A DNA stretch of 61,067 nt, counting the filler. It is 5 parts of 5 records of this genome, joined end to end, with 100 filler letters (N's around TTAATTAATTAA, not from the genome) between each part and the next. Parts side by side here need not be neighbours in the genome. Positions count along the whole stretch, not along the records: positions 1 to 13,132 come from SRR31147125_2530; positions 13,233 to 27,884 come from SRR31147125_2536; 3 more parts are not named here. One strand, given 5' to 3'. A program made the translations under genes and the position numbers. Shown here in pieces: positions 10,381-19,558 of this stretch (positions within the stretch are counted from its first letter, which is position 1; each line of letters begins with the position of its first letter). Under the pieces are notes generated by a model, which had not been told where the DNA came from, ran no database searches, and saw nothing but the letters and a program-made list of their open reading frames with translations.

Positions 10381-11576
10381 TTAGTAATACACTTCATCTG
10401 CACTTCTTATTATTTGAACAGGCAAATAATAATCAATTGCCTTAGCTGTTTTTAGATTTATTGATATCTTAGGAGTTTTTTCATAATTTTGATTTAACTC
10501 CCTAGGAATAGTTCCCTTTAATATTTGCACTAATTTCCTTGCATTATATAATCCCGCTTCTTTTCCTGATACTCCAAGCATTACGCCCTTTTTAACAGCT
10601 GGTGTTCCCTCCATAGTAAATGACGGAAGCTTATAATCAATCAGCTTATTAACTACATTAGGTAGATTCTCAGATTCCAATCCTCCTGAAATTCCTAAAA
10701 ACATAACCTCAACATTAGGACACAGCTTGTCCATCTCATCAAGGTACATTTTGTAAGCTATCTGATACTGCTCCACAGTTGGTTCAGCCATAACATTGTG
10801 AGCAGTTAAGAGCTCAAAACCCTTTGATTTTGAAACCTCTTCGACGGAATTTACAGCTGCATAACTTCTTCCATTCTCACTGTCTTCATAAATAATTCCC
10901 AATTTATCAAAGCCAATTACATCATAAAATAGAGTCACCTGTCTAATATATTGTTTCAGATCTAGTCTGGCTGTGAGGAAGTCCTTTCCTGAGTCTTCAA
11001 TAGAATCTACAAAACCAGATCCAATTGGATCTGATACGGCGTCCATTATTGTAGCCGTTTTATAATCGGGATCCGCCAATACTACGCCACTTGCCAGAGT
11101 CCCGAGTAAAATAACAGCATCAAGTTCATTAGCCTTTGCCATCTCCATTATTCTTTTAAACTCTTCTTGTGATTTATTAGCAGAATCTGCTCGAAAACTA
11201 AAAAATGAATCTAGATCAAACTCTAGGAACTCACTATAATTTCTTCCCTGTATTCCATTTATGAATTCTCTATTTGATTGATATCTTGACTTATCTAAAC
11301 TTTGATTTTTATTTAGCCATCCCATTATTTGCAAACCATTTATTATTGAGGTAAATGTTTCATAGTATTCAGGGTAATCATCACTTTGAATTACTCCTAT
11401 TTTTAATTTTTTACCCAAATTATTTGGAATCGAGTATATTTCATCACTTTGATTCCCTGAATTTTTATCTTCCAACTCAACGTTTTCTTTGAAAATAGTT
11501 GTTGGTTCATCACTATGAAAACATCCAAAAAAAGGGAGGTTAAAACTATGAATATAATTTTTTTAATAATACTCAT
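10381..11576 (-). CDS. ABC-type substrate-binding lipoprotein (N-terminus split by a 1-nt deletion)
   Basis: Family motifs AVSDPIGSG, KLGIIY, AVKKGVMLG, ILKGTIPRELNQ and INLKTAKAI. One base added to the run at ~11527-11533 gives MSIIKKIIFIVLTSLFFGC (lipobox) in frame. Confidence 0.8.
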
Positions 11577-11621
11577 TTTTCTCACTCCCAAATAATTAAT
11601 TAAATCATCTTTTGTAATTTT

Positions 11622-12053
11622 TTATTCACTTTCATTTATGAATTTTTCCATAAATAAAATATTCTGTCCGTCTTTCCTTTCATATATAACATTATTCATT
11701 ATCTGTTTAATCATAAATATACCTAGTCCACCTATATCCCTTTCTTCCATTGTTAGAGTAATATCCGGATCCTCTTTCGCCAAGGGATCAAATTCAACTC
11801 CACTATCAATTAACATAATAGAAAACTCTTTTCTCTCTCTGTTTTCCTTATATTGAATCTCTATCTCCCCCTCAGTATCAGGATAAGCATAATTAATTAC
11901 ATTTACGAAAGCTTCTTCACAAACTAAACGAACTTTTCCCTCAAGCTTTTTATCATTTCCGCTTAATTTATTGACGTTTTCAACAACAAAGTCAATCATG
12001 GCGTCCAAGTTATCTAAAATAGCCTTCGTTTTATATGAAGTCACTGATATCAC
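11622..12053 (-). CDS. Anti-sigma factor / serine kinase, RsbW-like (HATPase_c_2)
   Basis: Motifs EEAFVNVINYAY, DSGVEFDP and GGLGIFMIKQIM. Confidence 0.9.
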   Translation of the reverse strand: MISVTSYKTKAILDNLDAMIDFVVENVNKLSGNDKKLEGKVRLVCEEAFVNVINYAYPDTEGEIEIQYKENRERKEFSIMLIDSGVEFDPLAKEDPDITLTMEERDIGGLGIFMIKQIMNNVIYERKDGQNILFMEKFINESE

Positions 12054-12058
12054 CCAAA

Positions 12059-12385
12059 TTACTTGTCATAGCTGTCTTGAATAATCAAGAAATTATCCAA
12101 ACCACTCATTTTAACAACCTCAACTACAGCGTCCTGAGCTCCAATTAAAAATACTTTTGCTTTCATCCCTATTTTTTGTTTTGAAAATATAATTACTCTT
12201 AATCCTGCACTGGCTATATATTCCAAACCACTTGCCAAGTATGCTATTTCATCAATCTCTTTTCCCTGTAATTTCTTGAGTTCTTCCATTAATTCACCAG
12301 CATTTGTAGCATCTAATCTACCGGATAAATTAATCTTAACAATTCCTCCATTTTCCTCAATATTAAATTCCAGTTTAGAAGCCAT
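12059..12385 (-). CDS. STAS-domain anti-sigma factor antagonist, RsbV-like
   Basis: Motifs LSGRLDA, LEYIASAGLRV (phosphoacceptor Ser) and VVKMSGL. Confidence 0.9.
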   Translation of the reverse strand: MASKLEFNIEENGGIVKINLSGRLDATNAGELMEELKKLQGKEIDEIAYLASGLEYIASAGLRVIIFSKQKIGMKAKVFLIGAQDAVVEVVKMSGLDNFLIIQDSYDK

Positions 12386-12402
12386 TCATTTTCCTCCTAT
12401 GT

Positions 12403-13132
12403 TTAATTTTTATTGTTTTTACCAATTAAAACAACTACTGCTCTTGCACCAACTAATACTTCATTTTGATTTTCCAAGTATACCTCTTCTCCTTTAGACC
12501 ATGCGTCTTCTGGAGAAGCCATGCCTGAATTCATTGCAAGATGCCACTCTTTTTCTACTGGAAGTTGTGGTAGTTCAAATCCGTGCATATCCCAATGCAG
12601 ATTCATCGCTACATAAATATACTCATCTTCCTCTGTTCCATATTTATTAGCAGGTCCACAAAACATCACAGCAAGTGTAAGTGTTGAAGCACTATAATCA
12701 AGATTCCACGATTCAACACCATGCCACGATATCTCAGGATAACCAGTTTCAGTATAATAGCTATCAAAATGACTTACCCTAAATACAGGATGATCTTTTC
12801 TAAAAGCTATAAGCTTCTTAGTAAATTCAAATAGATCATTGTTCTCCTTCAAATTCTCCCAATTTAGCCACGATATTTCATTATCCTGACAATAGGCATT
12901 GTTATTTCCAAATTGTGTATTTCCAAATTCGTCACCAGCCAGAAGCATTGGAATTCCTCTACTTAACATAAGAATTGATAGGGCGTTTTTTATCTGTTGT
13001 TTACGAAGTTTGTTTATCTCAGGATCATCTGTTACACCTTCATAGCCGCAGTTCCAGCTATGGTTATCATTACCACCGTCATTATTATTCTCACCATTTG
13101 CGATATTATGTTTTTCATTATATGAAACCATA
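12403..13132 (-). CDS. glgX: Glycogen debranching enzyme / isoamylase (GH13), C-terminal part; 5' end cut by the spacer
   Basis: Motifs SYNEKHNIANGENNNDG, SWNCGYEG and GIPMLLAGDEFGNTQFGNNNAYCQDNEISW. Confidence 0.93.
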
Positions 13133-13232
13133 NNNNNNNNNNNNNNNNNNNNNNNNNNNNNNNNNNNNNNNNNNNNTTAATTAATTAANNNNNNNNNNNN
13201 NNNNNNNNNNNNNNNNNNNNNNNNNNNNNNNN
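13133..13232. other. Artificial contig spacer
   Basis: 44 N + TTAATTAATTAA (stops in all six frames) + 44 N. Confidence 0.97.
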
Positions 13233-13294
13233 GGTGAAGCAATCCAGTGTCGACAATTATTTTCTCAGGATTGCTGCGCTTCGCTCGCAATGAC
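13233..13294. repeat. REP-like palindromic element at the contig end
   Basis: GAAGCAATCC...GGATTGCT inverted arms followed by CGCTTCGCTCGCAATGAC, resembling common intergenic palindromic repeats. Confidence 0.55.
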
Positions 13295-13327
13295 AACGCT
13301 TGTACGAAATTATCTTTCATCTGTTAC

Positions 13328-13762
13328 TTACCCAATAGCTTCCGTTTTCTTCTTTCTGAAAATAAAATCGAAAAGGGGAAGGGGCTTTTCGTCTCTCTTT
13401 TTTCGTTTGAGATATTCTTTGAGATTTTTTCTGACGATTCTATCTTTTACATAATCATGATGTCGAAAACCACCACCAAAGTTTTTTGGAATGTGCATGA
13501 GTTCGTGGATTATAGTCTCTGTCTTTTCTTCAGCAGGTAATCGTTCAAACCTCTCCAAAAATTCTATAACATAGAAGGCTTTGCACTTCATACCAAGCTG
13601 CATGGCCTTGGGAAGAGAGTGGACTCTGGCAATTGTGTTTCTTGATGAGCTTCCTTTGCTACGGACACAAGAAACTCTTTCAGGATCAATATGATTCCAT
13701 TCGAGTCTCTCAATTATGTCATACATCTCTTTATCGAGATCTGGAGCAGGTGTGTATTGCAT
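13328..13762 (-). CDS. Putative zinc metallopeptidase (HExxH)
   Basis: TIIHELMHIP followed by GGGFRHH. Confidence 0.75.
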   Translation of the reverse strand: MQYTPAPDLDKEMYDIIERLEWNHIDPERVSCVRSKGSSSRNTIARVHSLPKAMQLGMKCKAFYVIEFLERFERLPAEEKTETIIHELMHIPKNFGGGFRHHDYVKDRIVRKNLKEYLKRKKRDEKPLPLFDFIFRKKKTEAIG

Positions 13763-13782
13763 TATCTAGTAATATAGATCCT

Positions 13783-14070
13783 CTAAATCTTATAATCAAT
13801 AAAAGAAGTTATAAAGTCGCCATAAGCCTCTATGGCTCTCATAAGCCAGTGGGGTCTGTCATGGCGACGAATAGTTCTAAAAAGAGTTTGTTTCATATCA
13901 TGAAGATCTCTGCACATCTTTTCGCATGAATAAGTACTTTCAGATTGGTTACGCAAACACGGTTTAACACAAGATTCAAAAATAGGATCGAAGTCTTTGG
14001 AGTCTGAAACTATATGTTGTGAATTTTGATTTGCTTGCTCTCCAACTTGTCTAATTCCATTGAATCCCAT
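13783..14070 (-). CDS. Hypothetical protein, paralog A
   Basis: GAGG RBS before ATG 14070. Shares C-x-D-x-x-x-MK-x-TL-x-x-TI-x-x-HDRP-x-W-x-MR-x-x-E with the neighbouring ORF. Confidence 0.7.
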   Translation of the reverse strand: MGFNGIRQVGEQANQNSQHIVSDSKDFDPIFESCVKPCLRNQSESTYSCEKMCRDLHDMKQTLFRTIRRHDRPHWLMRAIEAYGDFITSFIDYKI

Positions 14071-14100
14071 AAATCCTCTCAACCAATAAAAAAAGCATGT

Positions 14101-14394
14101 TTAAAGACCTTTGATAAATCTATCAATGGGGTCCATAGCCCTAGTAAATGACTCCAAGCCTCTCATGAACCAGTTGGGTCTATCGTGGCTAGCTATCGTA
14201 TTAAGAAGGGTTTCTTTCATAGAGTAAATATCATGACAGATGCCAATTCCACCGGTTTTGAAATGTTTAGAACATGAACGTAAATACACATCTTTCCTTT
14301 TGAATGAGGTCTTTTCGGGGCCCCCCGCAAATTCAAGTGATGAACTATTATTATTAGTTCGTTGTGTGATATTAACAAGGCTATTCAATCCCAT
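14101..14394 (-). CDS. Hypothetical protein, paralog B
   Basis: GGGAGG RBS. CHDIYSMKETLLNTIASHDRPNWFMRGLE aligns without gaps to paralog A. Confidence 0.7.
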   Translation of the reverse strand: MGLNSLVNITQRTNNNSSSLEFAGGPEKTSFKRKDVYLRSCSKHFKTGGIGICHDIYSMKETLLNTIASHDRPNWFMRGLESFTRAMDPIDRFIKGL

Positions 14395-14586
14395 AAACCC
14401 TCCCGTTTATATATGACGTATAAGGTCTGAGAGGCCCAAATTCAAGGACAAACTTGTTGGTCTAGTCTATCTTTACATCTTGACTTGAGGCTCTAAATTA
14501 AATAACGTCCCAAAATCTTTGGGTTTTACCCAAAAATCAGACATAAATGAGCACCTATATCATGATGAAATACGGAGGGTTGTTAA

Positions 14587-16104
14587 ATGAGTCACCATAC
14601 TGAAGAAAACGAATATATGAAGGTTAGACGTGAGAAGATCAAAAAGCTCGAAGAGATGGGCAAACAGGCCTATCCAAACGGGATTAAGGCTTCACATACA
14701 ACAGACGAAATTAGGGATGGTTACGAATCATTATCTAAAGAAGAACTTGAAGGAAAAAATGACGTTTTTTCACTTTCAGGTCGTGTCATGGCTGTCAGAT
14801 CTTTTGGAAAAGCCGGTTTTATTCAGCTTCAAGACCGAAAAGGGCGTCTGCAGGTTTTTGTGCAGAAGAATTCTGTTTCAGAAGACGATTTCAAGCTTTT
14901 CAAGCTTCTAGATGTTGGTGATTTCGCATGGTTTGAAGGTGAACTCTTCAGAACTAAGACAGATGAACTAACCTTGGCAGCGAAAACCATTAAAGTTGTC
15001 ACCAAATCTGTAAGGCTTTTACCTGAGAAGTTTCATGGTTTGACTGACAAAGAGACAAGGTATCGTCAAAGATATGTAGATCTAATAGTTAATCCTGAGG
15101 TCAGAGACACTTTTGTAAAGCGCGCTAAGACAATTGAATGCGTTAGAAATTTCTTTCATAAGAAAGATTTCTTGGAAGTTGAAACTCCAATGATGCATCC
15201 CATCCCCGGTGGCGCTTCAGCAAAACCATTTGTTACTCATCATAACGCCTTGAGTATGGATCTCTATATGCGTGTTGCTCCAGAGCTCTACTTGAAAAGA
15301 CTTGTTGTCGGTGGCTTGGAGAGAGTGTTTGAGATTAATCGTAACTTTAGAAACGAAGGTATCTCAATTCAGCATAACCCAGAGTTTACAATGCTTGAGT
15401 TCTATCAGAGCTATGCAACTTTTGAAGATCTGATGGATCTAACAGAAGAACTTTTAGAAGATGTTGCTACAAATGTTACAGGAAGTAGTGATGTTGAATA
15501 TCAGGGGGAGACAATCACCTTTAAACGACCATTTGCCAGATATACAATGAAAGAGTCCTTGATTGAGCTCGGCGGTGTGCCTGCGGATGTTCTCGAAACT
15601 GAAGAGAAAGCTAGAGCCTATGCGAAGTCACTTGGAATTGAGTTAAAGATCACAACTGAACATCTAGGTGCTATTATGGCTGAGATTTTTGAGACGGTTG
15701 TTGAATCAAAGCTAATACAGCCTACTTTTATTACTCAGTTTCCAACTGAAATTTCACCGCTTAGCAGAAAAAATGATCAAGACCCTGGCGTTGTTGACCG
15801 CTTTGAGCTTTACATTTTCGGTCGTGAAATTGCTAATGCCTTTTCTGAATTGAATGATCCTGCAGACCAGGAATCGAGATTCAAAAAACAAGCTGAGGCT
15901 AAGGCAAGAGGTGATGACGAAGCTATGTATTTCGATGATGACTATATTCGTGCACTCGAATATGGCATGCCTCCAACAGCGGGTGAGGGTATCGGAATAG
16001 ATAGGCTTGTTATGCTGCTTACAGATTCTCCTTCTATTAGAGATGTGATTCTTTTTCCACATTTAAAGAGGGAGGACGACAGCTCTAGCCATGAAGAGAG
16101 TTAA
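14587..16104 (+). CDS. lysS: Lysine--tRNA ligase (class II)
   Basis: Motifs RYRQRYVDL, APELYLKRLVVGG, FRNEG, HNPEFTMLEFY and YGMPPTAGEGIGIDRL. Confidence 0.98.
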   Translation: MSHHTEENEYMKVRREKIKKLEEMGKQAYPNGIKASHTTDEIRDGYESLSKEELEGKNDVFSLSGRVMAVRSFGKAGFIQLQDRKGRLQVFVQKNSVSEDDFKLFKLLDVGDFAWFEGELFRTKTDELTLAAKTIKVVTKSVRLLPEKFHGLTDKETRYRQRYVDLIVNPEVRDTFVKRAKTIECVRNFFHKKDFLEVETPMMHPIPGGASAKPFVTHHNALSMDLYMRVAPELYLKRLVVGGLERVFEINRNFRNEGISIQHNPEFTMLEFYQSYATFEDLMDLTEELLEDVATNVTGSSDVEYQGETITFKRPFARYTMKESLIELGGVPADVLETEEKARAYAKSLGIELKITTEHLGAIMAEIFETVVESKLIQPTFITQFPTEISPLSRKNDQDPGVVDRFELYIFGREIANAFSELNDPADQESRFKKQAEAKARGDDEAMYFDDDYIRALEYGMPPTAGEGIGIDRLVMLLTDSPSIRDVILFPHLKREDDSSSHEES

Positions 16105-17344
16105 GCAGATTCTACATTTTCCATTTTATATTGCTTCAAGGTATCTCTTGTCGAGGGGTGAGCCGAAGTTTGCTTCTTTTTTGACTATCATAGCTATTGC
16201 CGGTGTCTCTATTGGTATTGCGTCCTTAATCCTTGTTATATCAGTGATGAACGGATTTGGCTTGGAGCTTGAAAAAAAGCTCATGGGCTTCAATCCTCAT
16301 ATAACAATTATCTCTGAACATATTCCAGGTAATGATGTAGCCAAAAAGATTTTGGATAATTTCGATAGCGTAACTGATGTTCAGCGTTTTGCTTCTGGTG
16401 AGGTTGTTGCGCAGTCTGAGAGTTCTGAAGGCCCGAATGCTATTGGGGCAAAAGTTTTTGGTTTTAATAAGATTCCCAAAAGGATGATAGAAAATACCGA
16501 TTTTTATTGGGGTAGACTTTTTTCTTCATGGTTAAATATTCGTCCTAAGCTTAGGGGCGGTGTAGTTTTGGGTCAAGAGATGTTGTACCAAATTGGAGCT
16601 CATCCAGATCTTGGTGATGAAGTTCAGCTGATAGCACCGTTTGGGGCGATCGATCCTTTTGGTAATCCCTCTCCAAGGAGAAGACAATACGATATCATCG
16701 GCGGATTTAAATCGGGCTTTTTTGAATATGATGTGAAGTATGTTTTAATGGATTATCGTGATGCTAGGTATCTTCTTGGGACTCAGGGCCAATACGGTTT
16801 TCATGTAATGTTGAAAAACACTTCTGAGATAAAAGATCATGTTAAGAATATTCAAGATTTTTTGGGTACTGGTTATAAAGTCTATGGATGGAGTGCTAAA
16901 AATAAAAAGCTCTTTGCCGCATTGAAGCTTGAAAAATTGGCGATGAGTTTTCTCCTTTTCCTGATAATTGTTATTTCATCATTTAGTATTATTGGGGTTT
17001 CGTTGATGATCTTTTTCTCAAAGCGTAGAGATCTTGCGATATTAATGGCAATGGGAGCTTCGCAGAAAAACATTACCCGCGTTTTCTTGTGCCATGGTGC
17101 CTTGATAGGTTTTATCGGATCGCTCTTTGGTGGTCTTGTTGGGGTTGTTGGCTGCTTGCTAGTTGCAAAGAGTAATATCGCTCTTCCACCAACTTATTAT
17201 TTAGACTATTTGCCGGTATCTTTAAATAAATACTGGGTTGTTTTAGTTATGTTTGGTGGGGTCATAATGTCATTGCTAGCATCTTTGTATCCAGCAAAGA
17301 GAGCAGGCGCAACAGATCCTCTTGAATTACTCAGATATGAGTAG
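16091..17344 (+). CDS. Lipoprotein-releasing ABC permease, LolC/E family (copy 1)
   Basis: Motifs VISVMNGF, LFAALKLEK, LAILMAMGA and SLYPAKRA; lies in a lysS-lol-bamA context. Confidence 0.9.
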   Translation: MKRVKQILHFPFYIASRYLLSRGEPKFASFLTIIAIAGVSIGIASLILVISVMNGFGLELEKKLMGFNPHITIISEHIPGNDVAKKILDNFDSVTDVQRFASGEVVAQSESSEGPNAIGAKVFGFNKIPKRMIENTDFYWGRLFSSWLNIRPKLRGGVVLGQEMLYQIGAHPDLGDEVQLIAPFGAIDPFGNPSPRRRQYDIIGGFKSGFFEYDVKYVLMDYRDARYLLGTQGQYGFHVMLKNTSEIKDHVKNIQDFLGTGYKVYGWSAKNKKLFAALKLEKLAMSFLLFLIIVISSFSIIGVSLMIFFSKRRDLAILMAMGASQKNITRVFLCHGALIGFIGSLFGGLVGVVGCLLVAKSNIALPPTYYLDYLPVSLNKYWVVLVMFGGVIMSLLASLYPAKRAGATDPLELLRYE

Positions 17345-17355
17345 GTGAAAAGAAT

Positions 17356-18828
17356 ATGTTTGCTGTTAAGAATATAGCATTAAGATACTTAAGATTTATG
17401 TCTTCATCGAAGTCCGTTATGGCTATGACGATTATTACAGTTGTAGGCATAGCAATCGGTGTCGCAACATTAACTGTTACTCTTTCAGTAGCTGGTGGTT
17501 TTGATGAAGCCTATAAAAAATCGATTCTAGATTTTAATGCTCATGTTGTTTTGCTTTCGACAAAAGAGATCGATAATGTCCCGGAAAAGCTCGAAAAAAT
17601 AGATCAATATAGAATGCCTCTGGAATCACAAAAAATCAATGACCATAACGCTTTTGCAACTGGACTTGTCGAGTTGCTAAGAAGTATTTGGTTTAAACTT
17701 GACCTAATCTATTATGATGCCCAGATGAGCGAGCAGACAAATAAACTTTTCTTAAAGTTTATTGATACGGTTCACCCAAGAGTTGTTGCCCACCACCTTT
17801 ATTCTAAAGATCTCTATCCAAAAGAGATTGTGAATTCGATTACAAAGATTTTGATAGATTCAAGAGGATACGTTGTTGGAGCAAGTCCTTTTCTTTACCG
17901 TGAAGGCCTGATGATACACAACGGGCTCGTAAAGGGTGTTGTTATAAAGGGTGTTGACTTTGATGCCTTATCATCTGTTAGTGAAATGAACTTTGACAAA
18001 GATGAGAACAAGCCAGTTCCAGAGATTGAAACGGAAAACAGTCCAGTTTCAATCTATATAGGAGCTCACCTCTTTGATGAACTTGGTTTGAAGTCGGGGG
18101 ACATGGTCAGTGTTATGCTTCCTGAAAAATGGGAAGAGAGTAAAGCTGGTAAGTTTCAGCAATTTAAGGTTGCTGGAAAATTTGAATCAGGAATGTATGA
18201 CTTTGATTCTCAGTTCACGCTTGTCGATTTGAAAGATGCCCAGAAGGTTTTTAACAGAGAGGGTATAGTTAACGGGATAGAAATTAAATTAGATGATGCT
18301 GATAATGCTCCGCTTTTTGCAATGGTCTTAGAGAGAGACTTTCAATATCCGCACTATGCAAGTAGTTGGCAGGAGCTAAATCGCTCACTTTTTGAAGCTG
18401 TTAAGCTGGAAAAATTGATGTTTATAATAATAATGGGTGCTCTAGTTGTTGTAGCTGCCTTCAATATAATTGGCACTATAATGCTCAGAATTCTTTATAA
18501 GACGTCAGATATTTCGATTCTTAGGGCTCTTGGAATGGATAAGAAGAGTCTCAAGAAGATATTTATTATGCAGGGGATGATGGTTGGGGGCCTAGGGACC
18601 TTGATTGGTATGCTTTTGGCGGTGTTGATAATATGGTCTTTGGCCCATTTTGAATGGCTCAAAATTCCTCCTGAAATATACCTTTTAGAGAGACTTCCCG
18701 TTTGCATTTCTTGGTCAGCTAGTGTAATTATAGCGGCCTTTAGTATGTTCGTGTGTTATATGACATCATTAGTTGCATCGAAAAAAGTTTTAGAGTTGCA
18801 GATAGTTAAAGGATTGCATAGACCTTAA
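17356..18828 (+). CDS. Lipoprotein-releasing ABC permease, LolC/E family (copy 2, with periplasmic insertion)
   Basis: Motifs FESGMYDFD, WQELNRSLFEAVKLEK, VAAFNII and ISILRALG. Confidence 0.88.
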   Translation: MFAVKNIALRYLRFMSSSKSVMAMTIITVVGIAIGVATLTVTLSVAGGFDEAYKKSILDFNAHVVLLSTKEIDNVPEKLEKIDQYRMPLESQKINDHNAFATGLVELLRSIWFKLDLIYYDAQMSEQTNKLFLKFIDTVHPRVVAHHLYSKDLYPKEIVNSITKILIDSRGYVVGASPFLYREGLMIHNGLVKGVVIKGVDFDALSSVSEMNFDKDENKPVPEIETENSPVSIYIGAHLFDELGLKSGDMVSVMLPEKWEESKAGKFQQFKVAGKFESGMYDFDSQFTLVDLKDAQKVFNREGIVNGIEIKLDDADNAPLFAMVLERDFQYPHYASSWQELNRSLFEAVKLEKLMFIIIMGALVVVAAFNIIGTIMLRILYKTSDISILRALGMDKKSLKKIFIMQGMMVGGLGTLIGMLLAVLIIWSLAHFEWLKIPPEIYLLERLPVCISWSASVIIAAFSMFVCYMTSLVASKKVLELQIVKGLHRP

Positions 18829-18898
18829 GTATAAACTTAACAAGCTATATGGGGGAGTGAGATCTAAGATTTGACCCCTCATATTTTTAATATAAAAA

Positions 18899-19558
18899 AT
18901 GCTTAAAATAAAAAATCTTAAAAAATTCTATGGGTCGGGTCACACTTCAATAAAAGTTTTGGATGGAGTTGATGCTGAATTTGTTTCAGGTGAATTTGTT
19001 GGAATCTATGGTTCTTCTGGAAGCGGTAAGTCAACTCTCCTTCATTTGATGGGCGGTTTGGATAGACCATCAGAAGGGGAAGTGTTGCTTGATGATAAGA
19101 ATATCTTTTCATTTCATGATGACAGATTGTCGGATTTCAGAAATAAAACAATAGGTTTTGTGTTTCAATTCTATCATCTGTTACCAGAATTTTCAGCCGA
19201 AGAAAATGTTATGATCCCCTGTTTTATAGCTGGATTGAGCAGAAAAGAGGCCTTGAAACGTTCTTCGAAGGTTCTTGAAAAGATGCAATTATATGATAGA
19301 AGGAAACACAAACCTTCAGAGCTGTCTGGCGGGGAACAGCAGAGAGTTGCTATAGCTAGAGCTATAGTTATGGAGCCAAAAATGCTACTTGCCGATGAAC
19401 CCACTGGAAACCTTGATAAAACAACGGGTTCTGAGATTATGAAGGTGTTGGTAGACTTAAGTAAAAGTGACGGCATGGGCATTGTAATGGTAACGCATGA
19501 TCTCTCCTTGACCGAAGTAATGGATAGGAAATTGGAGTTAAAAGATGGCAGATTATAA
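18899..19558 (+). CDS. lolD: Lipoprotein-releasing ABC ATPase
   Basis: GSSGSGKST, LolD motif GFVFQFYHLL, LSGGEQQRV and ADEPTGNLD. Confidence 0.93.
   Translation: MLKIKNLKKFYGSGHTSIKVLDGVDAEFVSGEFVGIYGSSGSGKSTLLHLMGGLDRPSEGEVLLDDKNIFSFHDDRLSDFRNKTIGFVFQFYHLLPEFSAEENVMIPCFIAGLSRKEALKRSSKVLEKMQLYDRRKHKPSELSGGEQQRVAIARAIVMEPKMLLADEPTGNLDKTTGSEIMKVLVDLSKSDGMGIVMVTHDLSLTEVMDRKLELKDGRL

Noticed and set aside
13177-13188. TTAATTAATTAA palindrome recurring four times as a biological repeat or CRISPR-like element
   Set aside because: It is always centred in identical N runs, so it is a synthetic six-frame-stop linker.
18847-18888. Hairpin plus T run between the second lolC/E gene and lolD as a true terminator
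   Set aside because: The stem is imperfect and lies inside an obligate ABC operon; a REP-like remnant is more likely.
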